Origin: Candidatus Kerfeldbacteria bacterium
Lineage (GTDB): Bacteria > Patescibacteriota > Patescibacteriia > SBBC01 > CAIJZX01
Assembly: GCA_016193315.1 (NCBI GenBank)
Contig: JACPSJ010000001.1
Location: 791,478 to 855,477 of the forward strand
Reading direction: 5' to 3'
Length of the DNA: 64,000 nt
The notes beneath the pieces were generated by a model, which saw only the letters and a list, made by a program, of their open reading frames with translations, made no database searches and was not told where the DNA came from. Positions 9,939 to 18,952 of the stretch are shown piece after piece (positions within the stretch are counted from its first letter, which is position 1; every line of letters starts with the position of its first letter). The position numbers were made by a program, and so were the translations under genes.

Positions 9939-10466
9939 CTAGTATATATTTCCGTTCGTCGTCACGGTAATATCCTGAGCTCGTCCTTCAGATTGGATGG
10001 TAATAAGCCTGTTCGGATTGGTGGTCCCGTGAAGACGGTCAAAAATTACGTCCATGGTTGGGGCGGCGAATGTCATACTGCCCGGCAGGTAGATGGTTTC
10101 CTTGACTGTGCGGCCGATATAGTCCGTGGTTGAAAAGTTTTCATAGTAGTCGGAACCGGCCGCGTTGACAAAACGAATGCCCCAGTGGCTCGCATCTTCA
10201 CTGGCAATCGCTTTGGCCTGCGCCTGACGGAGATCGAAGATGATTGATTTTCTTGCTTCTTCCAGCTCCGAAGTTTTCGCATAGTTCCGGTAGTAAGCCA
10301 CACCGCCGACACCGATGACGGCGAGAACCGCAATGGTCAGCAGGGCTTCAACCAGGGAAAACCCGTGGCGTTGCCCCCCCTTGGCTAGCAGGGGGAAAGC
10401 CGGCGCAACACAGTCTGCGTCTGCTGCCTGCGACAGACCGACACGATCCGCCGGGATGAGACTCAT
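9939..10466 (-). CDS. Pseudopilin, FimU/GspH-like
   Basis: Prepilin N-terminus HG|FSLVEALLTIAVLAVIG. The leader is unusually long if the start is at 10466, so the true start may be internal. First gene of the minor-pilin operon downstream of pilC. Confidence 0.6.
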   Translation of the reverse strand: MSLIPADRVGLSQAADADCVAPAFPLLAKGGQRHGFSLVEALLTIAVLAVIGVGGVAYYRNYAKTSELEEARKSIIFDLRQAQAKAIASEDASHWGIRFVNAAGSDYYENFSTTDYIGRTVKETIYLPGSMTFAAPTMDVIFDRLHGTTNPNRLITIQSEGRAQDITVTTNGNIY

Positions 10467-10483
10467 TCGTAGATACGCTAGCC

Positions 10484-11689
10484 TCAGGTGAAGCTGCCGA
10501 TGAATTGGTAGATCGGCAAGAGAATCGACAACGCCACGATTCCCACCACCGCCCCCATGAACAGCAGCAAGGCCGGCTCCAGAAAGGTGGTCAAGTCCTT
10601 GATGGTCGTGTCGATCTCGGCATCATAGAATTCGGAAAAGGATCGGAGAACTTCCTCGGTGGTGCCCGACTTCTCGCCGGCCGCCACCAGGCTGGAAAAG
10701 AAGCGCGGGAACAGCTTCGGGTGCTCTTTGAGCGTTTGGGAGAGCGGCACGCCGTTGGCCACCCGTTCCGCCGCTTGGTCCAAGACCCGTTGATAAGTCT
10801 CGTTGCCCACGGCTTGACCGGCGAGCTGCACCGCCTCGGTGATTGACACCCCACTCCTGAGCATGCTGCCGAGGGAACGAGAGAATCTCACCAGGGCTAG
10901 TTTCTTCATAAGTTCGCGGGCCACTGGCAAGATCGAGATCAAGCGGATCAGAAACCTGCGCCCGGGACGGCGAAACTGGATGACCAACCACACTATGACC
11001 GCCAGCCCAAGCACATCCAGCAGCGGGTATTTGGTCACGGCCGTGCTGATAACCAACAACACCTTGGTCATGGCTGGCAACTCAACATTGGCCTGATAGA
11101 AAGCCTTGGTGATTCGCGGCAGGACAAAGGTCAGCAGCAACACCACCACCCCCAGCGTGCCCGCCAGCAGCAGCACCGGATACGAGAGCGCGGACTTGAT
11201 CCGATGGTTGATGAGGTGGATCTTCTCCGAGTACTGCGCTAGCTCGTCGAGCGTTTGCGCCAGCTGCCCCGACGCTTCCGCCGCTCTGAGCATCCCCACG
11301 TAGATTGGCGGGAAATAACGATGGTATCTCTGGAACGTGGTCGACAGCGGCAGGCCATTCTGAACGTTGGTCTTGGCATCCAGCAGTATGGCTCGCGCTG
11401 TCTGCTTGGTCGCGTCGGCGACCAAGATATCCAGCGATTCGGTCAGATTGACCCCGGCCTGGACAGTGGCGCCGAGGTTCCGCATCATCACGATGCGATC
11501 AATCGCGGTGAAACGCTCAAACGGGCGGACCCAAAAAGCAGGCCGCGACCCGCCAACTTCCTCGATAACCATCGGCGTCAAGTGGTGGCTCAACAGATAG
11601 CCAATCGCCTCCTGGCGATTAGCCGCGGCCAGTACTCCTTTGATCGCCTGGCCAGCCTGGTTGACTGCTTCGTAGGAGTAGGTGGCCAT
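10484..11689 (-). CDS. pilC: Type IV pilus platform protein PilC (GspF family)
   Basis: 401 aa with two T2SS-F repeats and three TM regions; positioned directly downstream of pilB. Confidence 0.85.
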   Translation of the reverse strand: MATYSYEAVNQAGQAIKGVLAAANRQEAIGYLLSHHLTPMVIEEVGGSRPAFWVRPFERFTAIDRIVMMRNLGATVQAGVNLTESLDILVADATKQTARAILLDAKTNVQNGLPLSTTFQRYHRYFPPIYVGMLRAAEASGQLAQTLDELAQYSEKIHLINHRIKSALSYPVLLLAGTLGVVVLLLTFVLPRITKAFYQANVELPAMTKVLLVISTAVTKYPLLDVLGLAVIVWLVIQFRRPGRRFLIRLISILPVARELMKKLALVRFSRSLGSMLRSGVSITEAVQLAGQAVGNETYQRVLDQAAERVANGVPLSQTLKEHPKLFPRFFSSLVAAGEKSGTTEEVLRSFSEFYDAEIDTTIKDLTTFLEPALLLFMGAVVGIVALSILLPIYQFIGSFT

Positions 11690-11691
11690 GG

Positions 11692-13404
11692 CTATTCTCG
11701 AACCACCCGGACTACCTCATCAAGTGTGGTCACGCCGCGCTCGATCTTCCGCAGCCCATCCTCGAACATAGTAACCATGCCATCCTGCATCGCCCGCTGT
11801 CTAATCTCGCTCGCCGGCGCTCGGCGGATGATCAGTTGGCGAATCGCTTCGGACACTGGCAGGACTTCGAAAATCCCGATCTGTCCTTGATAGCCGGAAT
11901 GACCGCAGACTGAACAACCAGTGCCGGCGAACAACTGGCTGGGTGGTCGAATTGCCACCGGACGACCAAACATTGACAGCTGGGCCGCCAACAAACGTTC
12001 AACTTCCGGCGTTCGTGGCAAGGTGGTGATGCACGAGCGGCAGATCTTCCGCACCAGACGTTGGGCGATGACGAGATTGACCGTTGACGAAACCAGAAAG
12101 GGCTGGGCGCTCATGTCGAGGAGCCGCGGGAATGTTGAGGGCGCATCATTGGTGTGAAGCGTAGTCAAAACCAGGTGCCCGGTCAGGGCGGCGTGAACTG
12201 AGATACCCACGGTCTCGTTATCGCGAATCTCCCCGACCATGAGGATGTCGGGGTTCTGGCGCAGGAGCGACCGCAGGCCGGTGGCAAAAGTAATGCCAGC
12301 TTTGGGGTTGACCTGGGTCTGGTTGACCCGCGCGATCTCGTACTCGATCGGATCTTCAATCGTTGTAATGTTGACCGTCGGGGTATTGAGAATATGCAGG
12401 ATGGCATAGAGCGTAGTTGTTTTCCCGGCGCCGGTCGGTCCAGTGGCCAGGATCATGCCGTGGGGCTTTTGGATTTCTTGCCGGATAGCGGCGGCTTGAT
12501 CGGGCGAGAGTCCCAGGTCCTCCAAGGTGAATGGCCGGTTCGCTGGTTTCAACAGTCGCATCTCGATTTTCTCGCCATGCAAGACCGGTAACACGCTGAC
12601 GCGAATGTCGATTTGCCCACTCCCCAAGTCAACACGAAAGCGGCCGTCTTGGGGTGTCCGGTGTTCATCGATCTGGAGGTTGGCCAAGACCTTCACCCGG
12701 GCGACCAGCGTCGGGGCGATGATTTTGTTCAGGCTAAGAATTTCATGGAGCACGCCGTCAATGCGGTAGCGCACCAGCACCTCCTGGTTCAGCGGTTCAA
12801 AGTGGATATCAGAAGCGTTGAGCACGACTGCGTTTTCGATGATGCTGTCGACGATACTGACAATCGGTACGGCCGCCGCCAGCTTTGATAGGTTGGCTTC
12901 GCCTGAGCTGGGGAGGAAGGTCTTGACTTGTTGTTGGATGACGTCATGAAACTGCTGCCCCATCGACCGCTGGTACTGGGCCAAGCCAAACCGAAGACTG
13001 CTCGGCTTGACGAGATACGGTTCCACCCAAGCATTCAGCTTGACCCGCAAGAACTCGATGGTTTCATAATCAAGCGGATCGACCATCGCCACCTTGACTA
13101 CGTGCCGTGACTGATCGGAGGAGAATGCCACCACCCCGCGGGCTTTGGCCAAAGCCTCAGGAACCAGTTCGAGCGTGGCCGCGGGGATAGTAATCGTCTT
13201 AAGATCAACAACTGGCACACCAAAATACGGCTCCAAAAGCTCAACTAGATACTCCTCAGTTATCGCCCCGCGCCCGATCAAGACCTCAGTGATCGGTTGG
13301 CCCAGCCGCTCAGACTCGGCTGCAGCCTGCTGAAACGTCTGGCGGTCAACCACCCCAGGGGCGGCGGTCAAGATGTTTTCCAGTGCCGGTCTTGAGATGT
13401 GCAC
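11692..13404 (-). CDS. pilB: Type IV pilus assembly ATPase PilB (GspE family)
   Basis: Walker A LATGPTGAGKTTTL, His box, and a C-terminal tetracysteine motif (CRSC...CSVCGHSGYQG); N-terminal GSPII_E-like domain. Confidence 0.9.
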   Translation of the reverse strand: MHISRPALENILTAAPGVVDRQTFQQAAAESERLGQPITEVLIGRGAITEEYLVELLEPYFGVPVVDLKTITIPAATLELVPEALAKARGVVAFSSDQSRHVVKVAMVDPLDYETIEFLRVKLNAWVEPYLVKPSSLRFGLAQYQRSMGQQFHDVIQQQVKTFLPSSGEANLSKLAAAVPIVSIVDSIIENAVVLNASDIHFEPLNQEVLVRYRIDGVLHEILSLNKIIAPTLVARVKVLANLQIDEHRTPQDGRFRVDLGSGQIDIRVSVLPVLHGEKIEMRLLKPANRPFTLEDLGLSPDQAAAIRQEIQKPHGMILATGPTGAGKTTTLYAILHILNTPTVNITTIEDPIEYEIARVNQTQVNPKAGITFATGLRSLLRQNPDILMVGEIRDNETVGISVHAALTGHLVLTTLHTNDAPSTFPRLLDMSAQPFLVSSTVNLVIAQRLVRKICRSCITTLPRTPEVERLLAAQLSMFGRPVAIRPPSQLFAGTGCSVCGHSGYQGQIGIFEVLPVSEAIRQLIIRRAPASEIRQRAMQDGMVTMFEDGLRKIERGVTTLDEVVRVVRE

Positions 13405-13577
13405 AACACCAGACTACCAAAAATGGCCCTAATTGTCAGGGTTTCACCAGCATCAGGTCGGTCTGGCCTGTCCGCCCAACCACTGTTTGCTTACCCTGAC
13501 CGGCGCCGGAGCGGGCGCGATCAATGGAGCCGGGTGCAGCGCGATCCCGAAGAGAATACTGTTCTTGCGGCCAAGCC

Positions 13578-14157
13578 CTAGACTCGAAGCGTGCCCAGAT
13601 CAAGCATCGTTACTAGTGGATCTCCGAGAAACATGGTTATTAGGGCGGACAGCAACAACGGCTCAGCGAGCGACGTGTAGGGCTGTTTCATGACCACCAG
13701 CCTGAAGACCGAGAACATCACCACCAGCAGTAATCCCAGCGGAATGAACACTACCACCTTCGGCCAGCCAACAGCCACCGCGGTTAGCAGTCCCAACTCG
13801 AGCTCGCCGGGATGGAAGAGCCTCCGGCGATATCGATGTATCAATCTCAAGACCGCGTAGAAACCGGCGGCTACCAGGATGCTGATTAGCGGGGCTCAGT
13901 GGAGCTTCAAGCAAGTACCTGGTAAACTCGCCGTTCGACCACACATAGTATTGGGCGGCAGTCAGGACCGCCGCAAAAATGACCCGCACCGCCATCGCCG
14001 CCAGACTGAGTCGACCGAGTATGGTGGGCAATGACAGCTGCCGGCGGGCGTAGAACAAGAACACCGCGGCCGCCAACAAGACTCCTAGCACGAGTTGAAG
14101 CAACCACGCTAAATCTGGAAGGCGAGCCCCGGCCGGAATCACTTCAGATAACGACAC
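13578..14157 (-). pseudogene. Polytopic membrane protein interrupted by a frameshift at a C4/G4 run (13891..13894); possibly a degenerate prepilin-peptidase-like protein
   Basis: Two hydrophobic ORFs in different frames (13663..14157 and 13578..13850). Deleting one C in AGCCCCGCT joins them into a 193-aa protein with 5-6 TM helices. The frame-B sequence beyond the C-run turns Arg-rich and non-protein-like. The peptidase assignment rests on position (between the major pilin and pilB) and a weak GELEL (GDVKL-like) segment only. Confidence 0.35.
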
Positions 14158-14225
14158 CGATGAATTGTATCAAGAACCACTCTGACTGTCAGCGCTCTGC
14201 CGAATGCGCCCAGTCCAACAACCGA

Positions 14226-14253
14226 AAGCAGCTTCCGCGATCAGAAGCTGCTT
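14226..14253 (-). terminator. Stem-loop (AAGCAGCTTC-N8-GAAGCTGCTT) downstream of the major pilin gene
   Basis: Perfect 10-bp inverted repeat 24 nt past the pilin stop codon. On the minus-strand RNA it is followed by the moderately U-rich ucgguuguugg. Confidence 0.35.
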
Positions 14254-14276
14254 TGACTGCTGACAATTCCCAGCGA

Positions 14277-15104
14277 CTAGTAATTGGTGTCGTTGCCCAT
14301 CAGGCGGACACTGGTCCCAACCTCATACAGCGTGCCCTGATCACCGCCGTCCTTAGCTGCTTTGTCATCCGCGCCATTCGGCCCAAACTCGGCACTCTCC
14401 AACCGCGCATTGAGCTCAAAGACGTTCTGTGGTTCGAGTGGGGGGGTGTCTGTAACTTTCTGACAGGCGTAACGATAGACATAGTCCGTATTCGCCGGTG
14501 CGGTCACGTTGGCCACTGTATTGGTCGGATCAACAGGTAGACTCGAGAGCGGTGAACCGCCAGTGATAGTGGTCAAGTCAACCGGAATCCAGCCGCTCCC
14601 ATCAACCTTGGCGTTGTTAGCCAACGCCACGGCGGTGCATGAATCTCCGGCCGCACCCGTCCCGCCAAAGGAGGATCCGCCCTCCACATCATCCCCTTCA
14701 GGGACGTTTGCTGTGCAGTCGGGCTCGGTCCCGGTGTGCGGCAGACTGTAGTAGATTACGGCACTGGTAACATCCCCCGGTAAAGTACTATCGTAACCGA
14801 GACAATTGGCTGTCGGTCCGAGCGACGGGTCGGTGACAGTGGTAGCGTAGATCGCCAGCACTGTCTTCAGCGTGGTCAAATCAGAAATTCGCTGCGAATC
14901 TCTCGATTTCTTCAGGGTTTCGGAAGGGTTCAGCACCAGGATCAGAACCACGGCTAGGACCGCCATTACCGCCACCACCAGCAGCAATTCAAGCAAGGTG
15001 AAACCGCCGCGATTGCGGCTGGTCGGGCTAACTTCGACCGTCGGTGGGGTAAGCGACGATCTCCTAAATGTTGATATCCGCCCCAGCAATTGTCTCAAAA
15101 CCAT
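14277..15104 (-). CDS. Type IV major pilin candidate (PilA-like), large (275 aa)
   Basis: Canonical N-terminus RNRGG|FTLLELLLVVAVMAVLAVV with Glu+5. It has its own sigma70-like promoter and a downstream hairpin, i.e. a monocistronic layout typical of major pilins. Long leader (~34 aa). Confidence 0.7.
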   Translation of the reverse strand: MVLRQLLGRISTFRRSSLTPPTVEVSPTSRNRGGFTLLELLLVVAVMAVLAVVLILVLNPSETLKKSRDSQRISDLTTLKTVLAIYATTVTDPSLGPTANCLGYDSTLPGDVTSAVIYYSLPHTGTEPDCTANVPEGDDVEGGSSFGGTGAAGDSCTAVALANNAKVDGSGWIPVDLTTITGGSPLSSLPVDPTNTVANVTAPANTDYVYRYACQKVTDTPPLEPQNVFELNARLESAEFGPNGADDKAAKDGGDQGTLYEVGTSVRLMGNDTNY

Positions 15105-15154
15105 AGGGGTCGTAGTTTTAGTTTGTGCTCGTAAGTTTAGCTATACTTATACAC

Positions 15155-15183
15155 AGCATACCACAATTCCGTGCGCAATTCAA
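15155..15183 (-). promoter_or_regulatory. Sigma70-like promoter TTGAAT-N17-TATGCT upstream of the major pilin gene
   Basis: Read on the minus strand: TTGAAT tgcgcacggaattgtgg TATGCT, about 50-80 nt upstream of the pilin start, inside the only AT-richer intergenic stretch here. Confidence 0.35.
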
Positions 15184-15211
15184 GAGCGAACGGGTAACCT
15201 TGACTGTCGTC

Positions 15212-15592
15212 CTAGGACTCAGATTGGGAGTAACTGCTGACCAGCCCGACCACATCGTGGAGTCTGACATTCGCCTTGATGATATAATCAGTCGCACCCA
15301 GCGCCATACCGCGATCGATTTCCTGCGATTGGCCAAGATTACTCATGATCACCACCGGGGTTTCCCGCCACCGCTCATTCGCCCGAATAGCGGCCAGCAC
15401 GTCAAAACCGCTGACTCCAGGCAACATCAAGTCAAGGAGCACCGCCTGCGGTGGGTCACCTGATAGCAAGTCCATCGCCTGACTACCATTCTCAGCGACC
15501 GCCACGTCATAGCCCTCTGCTCCAAACTTAAGCCGCAGGGCCTTGGCTAGAAACTGGTCGTCTTCGACCACCAGGACTTTCTTTCGAACCAT
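15212..15592 (-). CDS. Stand-alone response-regulator receiver domain (CheY-like; PilG/PilH-like by context)
   Basis: 126 aa. The acidic pocket DD, the phospho-acceptor Asp in LLDLMLPG, the Ser/Thr in MSNLG and the Lys in YIIKA are all present. No output domain. Confidence 0.8.
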   Translation of the reverse strand: MVRKKVLVVEDDQFLAKALRLKFGAEGYDVAVAENGSQAMDLLSGDPPQAVLLDLMLPGVSGFDVLAAIRANERWRETPVVIMSNLGQSQEIDRGMALGATDYIIKANVRLHDVVGLVSSYSQSES

Positions 15593-15597
15593 AACGT

Positions 15598-17472
15598 TCA
15601 GAGGGAATGTGAGGCTCGTGATTCGCCGTGCTCAAATAGGATATCTGCAGTATACCACGGGGCTGGTTGCCTGTTGAACCGTATCGGCTGCCCTTGGGCG
15701 GCTAATCTTGGATACAAAAAGAGCGAGACCTGGGTTGGTCTCGCTCGGGAAGAGGTTGAAAGAGCTGCCGTGCGGATGACTTTCATCCGCACCTTGATCG
15801 TCCCGCTCAGTCGAAAGTGCGGCGCTGCCCCGGGCCGGTCTTCGAGCTGCGGAACGTTGAGCCCGAAGTAGAGTTCCTTGCCCGACGGGTGGGCCGGTTT
15901 GAAAGTCCAGCCAGCGTACCCGACGTACATCGGGTCCGCCGAAAGCCCGTGTCTGAGAAGCAGGGCTCCGGCTGGCAGAGAAGCGCGGATACAGTTGGAG
16001 GCAAACCAGGCGTTGCTATTCTCGGGGGTCACCCGGCAATGCCTTACCGGGTCGATGATGCCGCCAGTGGAAACCTCACCTGGAGCGCCATGCCGGTCGT
16101 AACTGGTGTAGGTGCTGTCCGTCACCAGCCCGGAGACGTACTGGCCGGGTTGCAGGATGACGTGGCTTCGGTACCAACCGATGCCAGCCGGCATCTCCAC
16201 TTCCACCCAGCCGCCGGGGAGGCGACGGATGGGCAGCGGCTCCTGGGGCTCGGGGATGTAGCCGTCCCCGATCTTGCGAGGATTCGGCAACAGTTCGAAC
16301 CCGACCGCCTTGTCCACCGCCGCATTCAGATCATGAACGGGTGCCGTAGTGATTTTCGACCCCCACTCATAATGCTGAACCATCAGCCAGAACAGAGCGA
16401 TGACCAGGGCTAGCAACGCGACCCCGAACAACGTCTGTCCCCACGTCCGGCGACGGTAGTCGCGGATGGGGGGGAACTGGTAGGCCATTCTCCCCGCACC
16501 CGCCGCTGGCTGGCGCGAAAGACGTGCCAGATGGATCGTCCACCACAGCTGGACCACGAAAATCACTGTGGCCAGAGAGCGGATGACCCACGTCAGCCAA
16601 CTGTGAACCTTGGCCGGATCACTGGGCCAGAGCGCATCCTTGAACTCCGGCCACATCAGCCAGAGGGTGATGTCGCCGATCGTGAAGGCAGTGGCCCAGT
16701 TGGTCCACCACCAGAACGGTCCCCGTGCCGGACCCGGCCGGTAGGACACGTGGGTCCAGAACAGCACCGGGATGAGCAGCGCCGCCACGTACTTCATTGG
16801 CGGATGGTTGTGGAATGGCGCCAGAGCGTACCAGAAGGCTCCGATGGAGAAGAACATCGCGATGCGCGCCACGATCTTCCACCATCCGTCGAGCCACTGA
16901 AGGCCGGTCTTCCCGCCGGATAGCAGGAACGACGGAAGGGACCTCAGGTACCCCCACGACAGTTCCTTTTCCCCGATCGCGGTTAAAGCCCCAGCGCCAG
17001 CCCCGACAGCCGCAACCAACGGCGCCAGCTTGGCCCACCCGAACATCGCCAAGAGCGACACCGCCACCAGATCCCACATCATCCACCAGGCCCGGTCGTC
17101 GATCTGGTTGAACCTCGTGATCCACATGATACCGGCCATGCCCAGTCCCAGTAGCAGGACCAGGCCCCAGATCACGCACCGTCGCAGGAGGATGTACGAC
17201 CGCATCGACCAGTCGTAGACCCGAGCGGCGATCTGCTCGCCATACTGCATCCGCGCATAGTGGTAGAACTCGGTGATCAGGTCTCGCCCCTCGCGGGTCA
17301 AGACCAACGGGATCAGCGCGACGGCGCCGACTCCGTATGGCGCCAACTTCTTGATTGCCGCGATGACCTCATCCTTGATTTCATCGAAGAAGGCCCAGAA
17401 GCCGGTGGCCGTCCTGGCCGCCGTCCCTTCGGGCTGGTTACCCTGCGGGGTCCTCGGATTCTGATCAGCCAT
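15598..17472 (-). CDS. Hypothetical Trp-rich polytopic membrane protein (~12 TM) with a ~240-aa C-terminal extracytoplasmic domain
   Basis: 624 aa; many hydrophobic helices rich in Trp (GPFWWWTNWATAF, WWKIVARIAMFF); no recognisable catalytic motif. Start overlaps the stop of the upstream gene by 8 nt. Confidence 0.55.
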   Translation of the reverse strand: MADQNPRTPQGNQPEGTAARTATGFWAFFDEIKDEVIAAIKKLAPYGVGAVALIPLVLTREGRDLITEFYHYARMQYGEQIAARVYDWSMRSYILLRRCVIWGLVLLLGLGMAGIMWITRFNQIDDRAWWMMWDLVAVSLLAMFGWAKLAPLVAAVGAGAGALTAIGEKELSWGYLRSLPSFLLSGGKTGLQWLDGWWKIVARIAMFFSIGAFWYALAPFHNHPPMKYVAALLIPVLFWTHVSYRPGPARGPFWWWTNWATAFTIGDITLWLMWPEFKDALWPSDPAKVHSWLTWVIRSLATVIFVVQLWWTIHLARLSRQPAAGAGRMAYQFPPIRDYRRRTWGQTLFGVALLALVIALFWLMVQHYEWGSKITTAPVHDLNAAVDKAVGFELLPNPRKIGDGYIPEPQEPLPIRRLPGGWVEVEMPAGIGWYRSHVILQPGQYVSGLVTDSTYTSYDRHGAPGEVSTGGIIDPVRHCRVTPENSNAWFASNCIRASLPAGALLLRHGLSADPMYVGYAGWTFKPAHPSGKELYFGLNVPQLEDRPGAAPHFRLSGTIKVRMKVIRTAALSTSSRARPTQVSLFLYPRLAAQGQPIRFNRQPAPWYTADILFEHGESRASHSL

Positions 17473-18769
17473 TGACAGTTCTCCTTCCGCGCACGATCAG
17501 TGCCGCGGTGATGACGAGGGCCGCCGTCAGTACGACCCCGCCGATCCACCAGTAGTTTCCGCGAAGGATCTCCTGAATCGCCAGGGTTCCAACCGCGAAC
17601 GACCCGGCCGCGACGACTGCCAGGAACACCATCCATTGGTGCTTCCGAGAGCTCGACCGCTCGTGAGCGAGTCGAAGCGGGTCGTCCGGCTTGAGAAGGT
17701 TGCGACGATGCGGGTACTTCTTGAGGTTGGCCGGACTGAAGAACTCGACTTTCCAGTTCGGCCGGTCCAGGTAGCCCGGATCGAGCTCTTCGTTCCTCTC
17801 GGCCAGCCAATCCGTCATCTCGCCCACGGGATCGGAGAAATACTTCCTCCAAAGCACCCGCAGCTGCCGACGCTGACGACGAGTCAGCGGGAATCGCCAC
17901 TCATTCATGCTGTTGACTGCGCGCAAGAACGTCAAGCGCTCGTCCGTCTGCTCGGATGGATCGGTCTGTCCAGTCTCCGCCAGGCGGTTGGTAGGTTCGG
18001 GATCCGGATGACGAATCTCAACGACTTCGCCGCTGGCGTTGACCACCTGCGTCTCCGGCGCAAGTACTTCCTCGGCCGGCCTGATTCCCTGGGTCAGTCG
18101 GGGAGAACCGGGGTCGAGAAGCAGAAGCCGTCCCATCTCCCCGGCCTCGTTGACGGCCCGGAGCGCGGGTTGGAGTTCGTGACGGACACGCTGAGGCAGG
18201 CCCATCCACCACTGACTGAAGTCGATCATCGCTTCCGGCCCGAGCTCGGTCGTGGCCTTGGCCACTAGGAATCCTTGCCGGAATTCGAGGAAGTCCTTGA
18301 CGAATCCGCCCCGCATCCAGTTGCGGAACGTGTTCATCCCCTCTCTCAGGTACCTGTTCAGCCGACCCGCAATCCGCTCGAAGTCTCCTGGTTGCGGTCC
18401 GGGGTAGCCCGCCGGGAAAACGCTGTCCGGCTGCTCCTCGAAATACTCCCGCAGGGTGAACGGCAGGTCCTCCATGAGCGTGGTGACGCCTTCGTTCGTG
18501 ACGTGACCGATGGCGCCTGTCCGGGCGGCCAGCCAGTCGGCAAAGAATTCCGCCGCCGTCAGGCCCCCAAGCATCAAGTTCCGGAACGTCTCGGCGCGGT
18601 CGGGCTCGCGCTTGTGGTACCAGACCGCTGCCAGCCAGGCTGGCTCGTCAGTCTGACGTAGAAGGTCGAGCCGCCGGCGTAGGAACCGCTTAAACGGCCG
18701 CCGGATGATGTTGCCGGTGATGACCTCGAAGCCTTCGAGGAAACCTTTTTCTCCCCTAGCTTCAGCCAC
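17465..18769 (-). CDS. Hypothetical protein: ~370-aa cytoplasmic domain with two C-terminal TM helices
   Basis: ORF track gives 17465..18793 (GTG start). An internal GTG at 18769 is preceded by a strong SD (GAAAGGAG-N7-GTG) and is the more likely start. No recognisable domain; C-terminal WMVFLAVVAAGSFAVGTLAI and IGGVVLTAALVITAALIV helices. Confidence 0.5.
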   Translation of the reverse strand: MAEARGEKGFLEGFEVITGNIIRRPFKRFLRRRLDLLRQTDEPAWLAAVWYHKREPDRAETFRNLMLGGLTAAEFFADWLAARTGAIGHVTNEGVTTLMEDLPFTLREYFEEQPDSVFPAGYPGPQPGDFERIAGRLNRYLREGMNTFRNWMRGGFVKDFLEFRQGFLVAKATTELGPEAMIDFSQWWMGLPQRVRHELQPALRAVNEAGEMGRLLLLDPGSPRLTQGIRPAEEVLAPETQVVNASGEVVEIRHPDPEPTNRLAETGQTDPSEQTDERLTFLRAVNSMNEWRFPLTRRQRRQLRVLWRKYFSDPVGEMTDWLAERNEELDPGYLDRPNWKVEFFSPANLKKYPHRRNLLKPDDPLRLAHERSSSRKHQWMVFLAVVAAGSFAVGTLAIQEILRGNYWWIGGVVLTAALVITAALIVRGRRTVNG

Positions 18770-18923
18770 TTTCTTGCTCCTTTCACGCGACACCCGAATG
18801 ATCGGGTCGCAGTTGTGCGTGATCGATACAGCTCAGCGCCTTAGGTCGGCGCGTTTCTTCGATATTACTTCAATTGTCAAGTTGCGCTCGGAAACAACTA
18901 ATTCCAGATCGCAGTGACCCCTG

Positions 18924-18952
18924 ACGCTAGCACAAACTTACGTTTTTGTCAA
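18924..18952 (-). promoter_or_regulatory. Candidate promoter TTGACA-N17-TAGCGT for the unknown module/receiver operon
   Basis: Perfect -35 TTGACA overlapping the last codons of the comEC MBL ORF, with a 17-nt spacer and a weak -10 TAGCGT; about 150 nt upstream of the 18769 start. Confidence 0.25.

Noticed and set aside
13663-13740. GGDVLGL segment (prepilin-peptidase GGDVKL-like) at the C-terminus of frame B
   Set aside because: It lies in the Arg-rich, non-protein-like tail of frame B beyond the frameshift point; frame A over the same nucleotides is hydrophobic and protein-like. Probably coincidence.
16531-17179. ORFs 16619..17179(-) and 16531..16923(+) inside the 624-aa membrane protein gene
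   Set aside because: Out-of-frame or antisense; Arg/Pro/Gly-rich; no support.
18836-18852. Short hairpin GCGCC-ttaggtc-GGCGC followed by GTTTCTTC on the plus strand
   Set aside because: Only a 5-bp stem, and oriented for plus-strand termination where there is no plus-strand gene.
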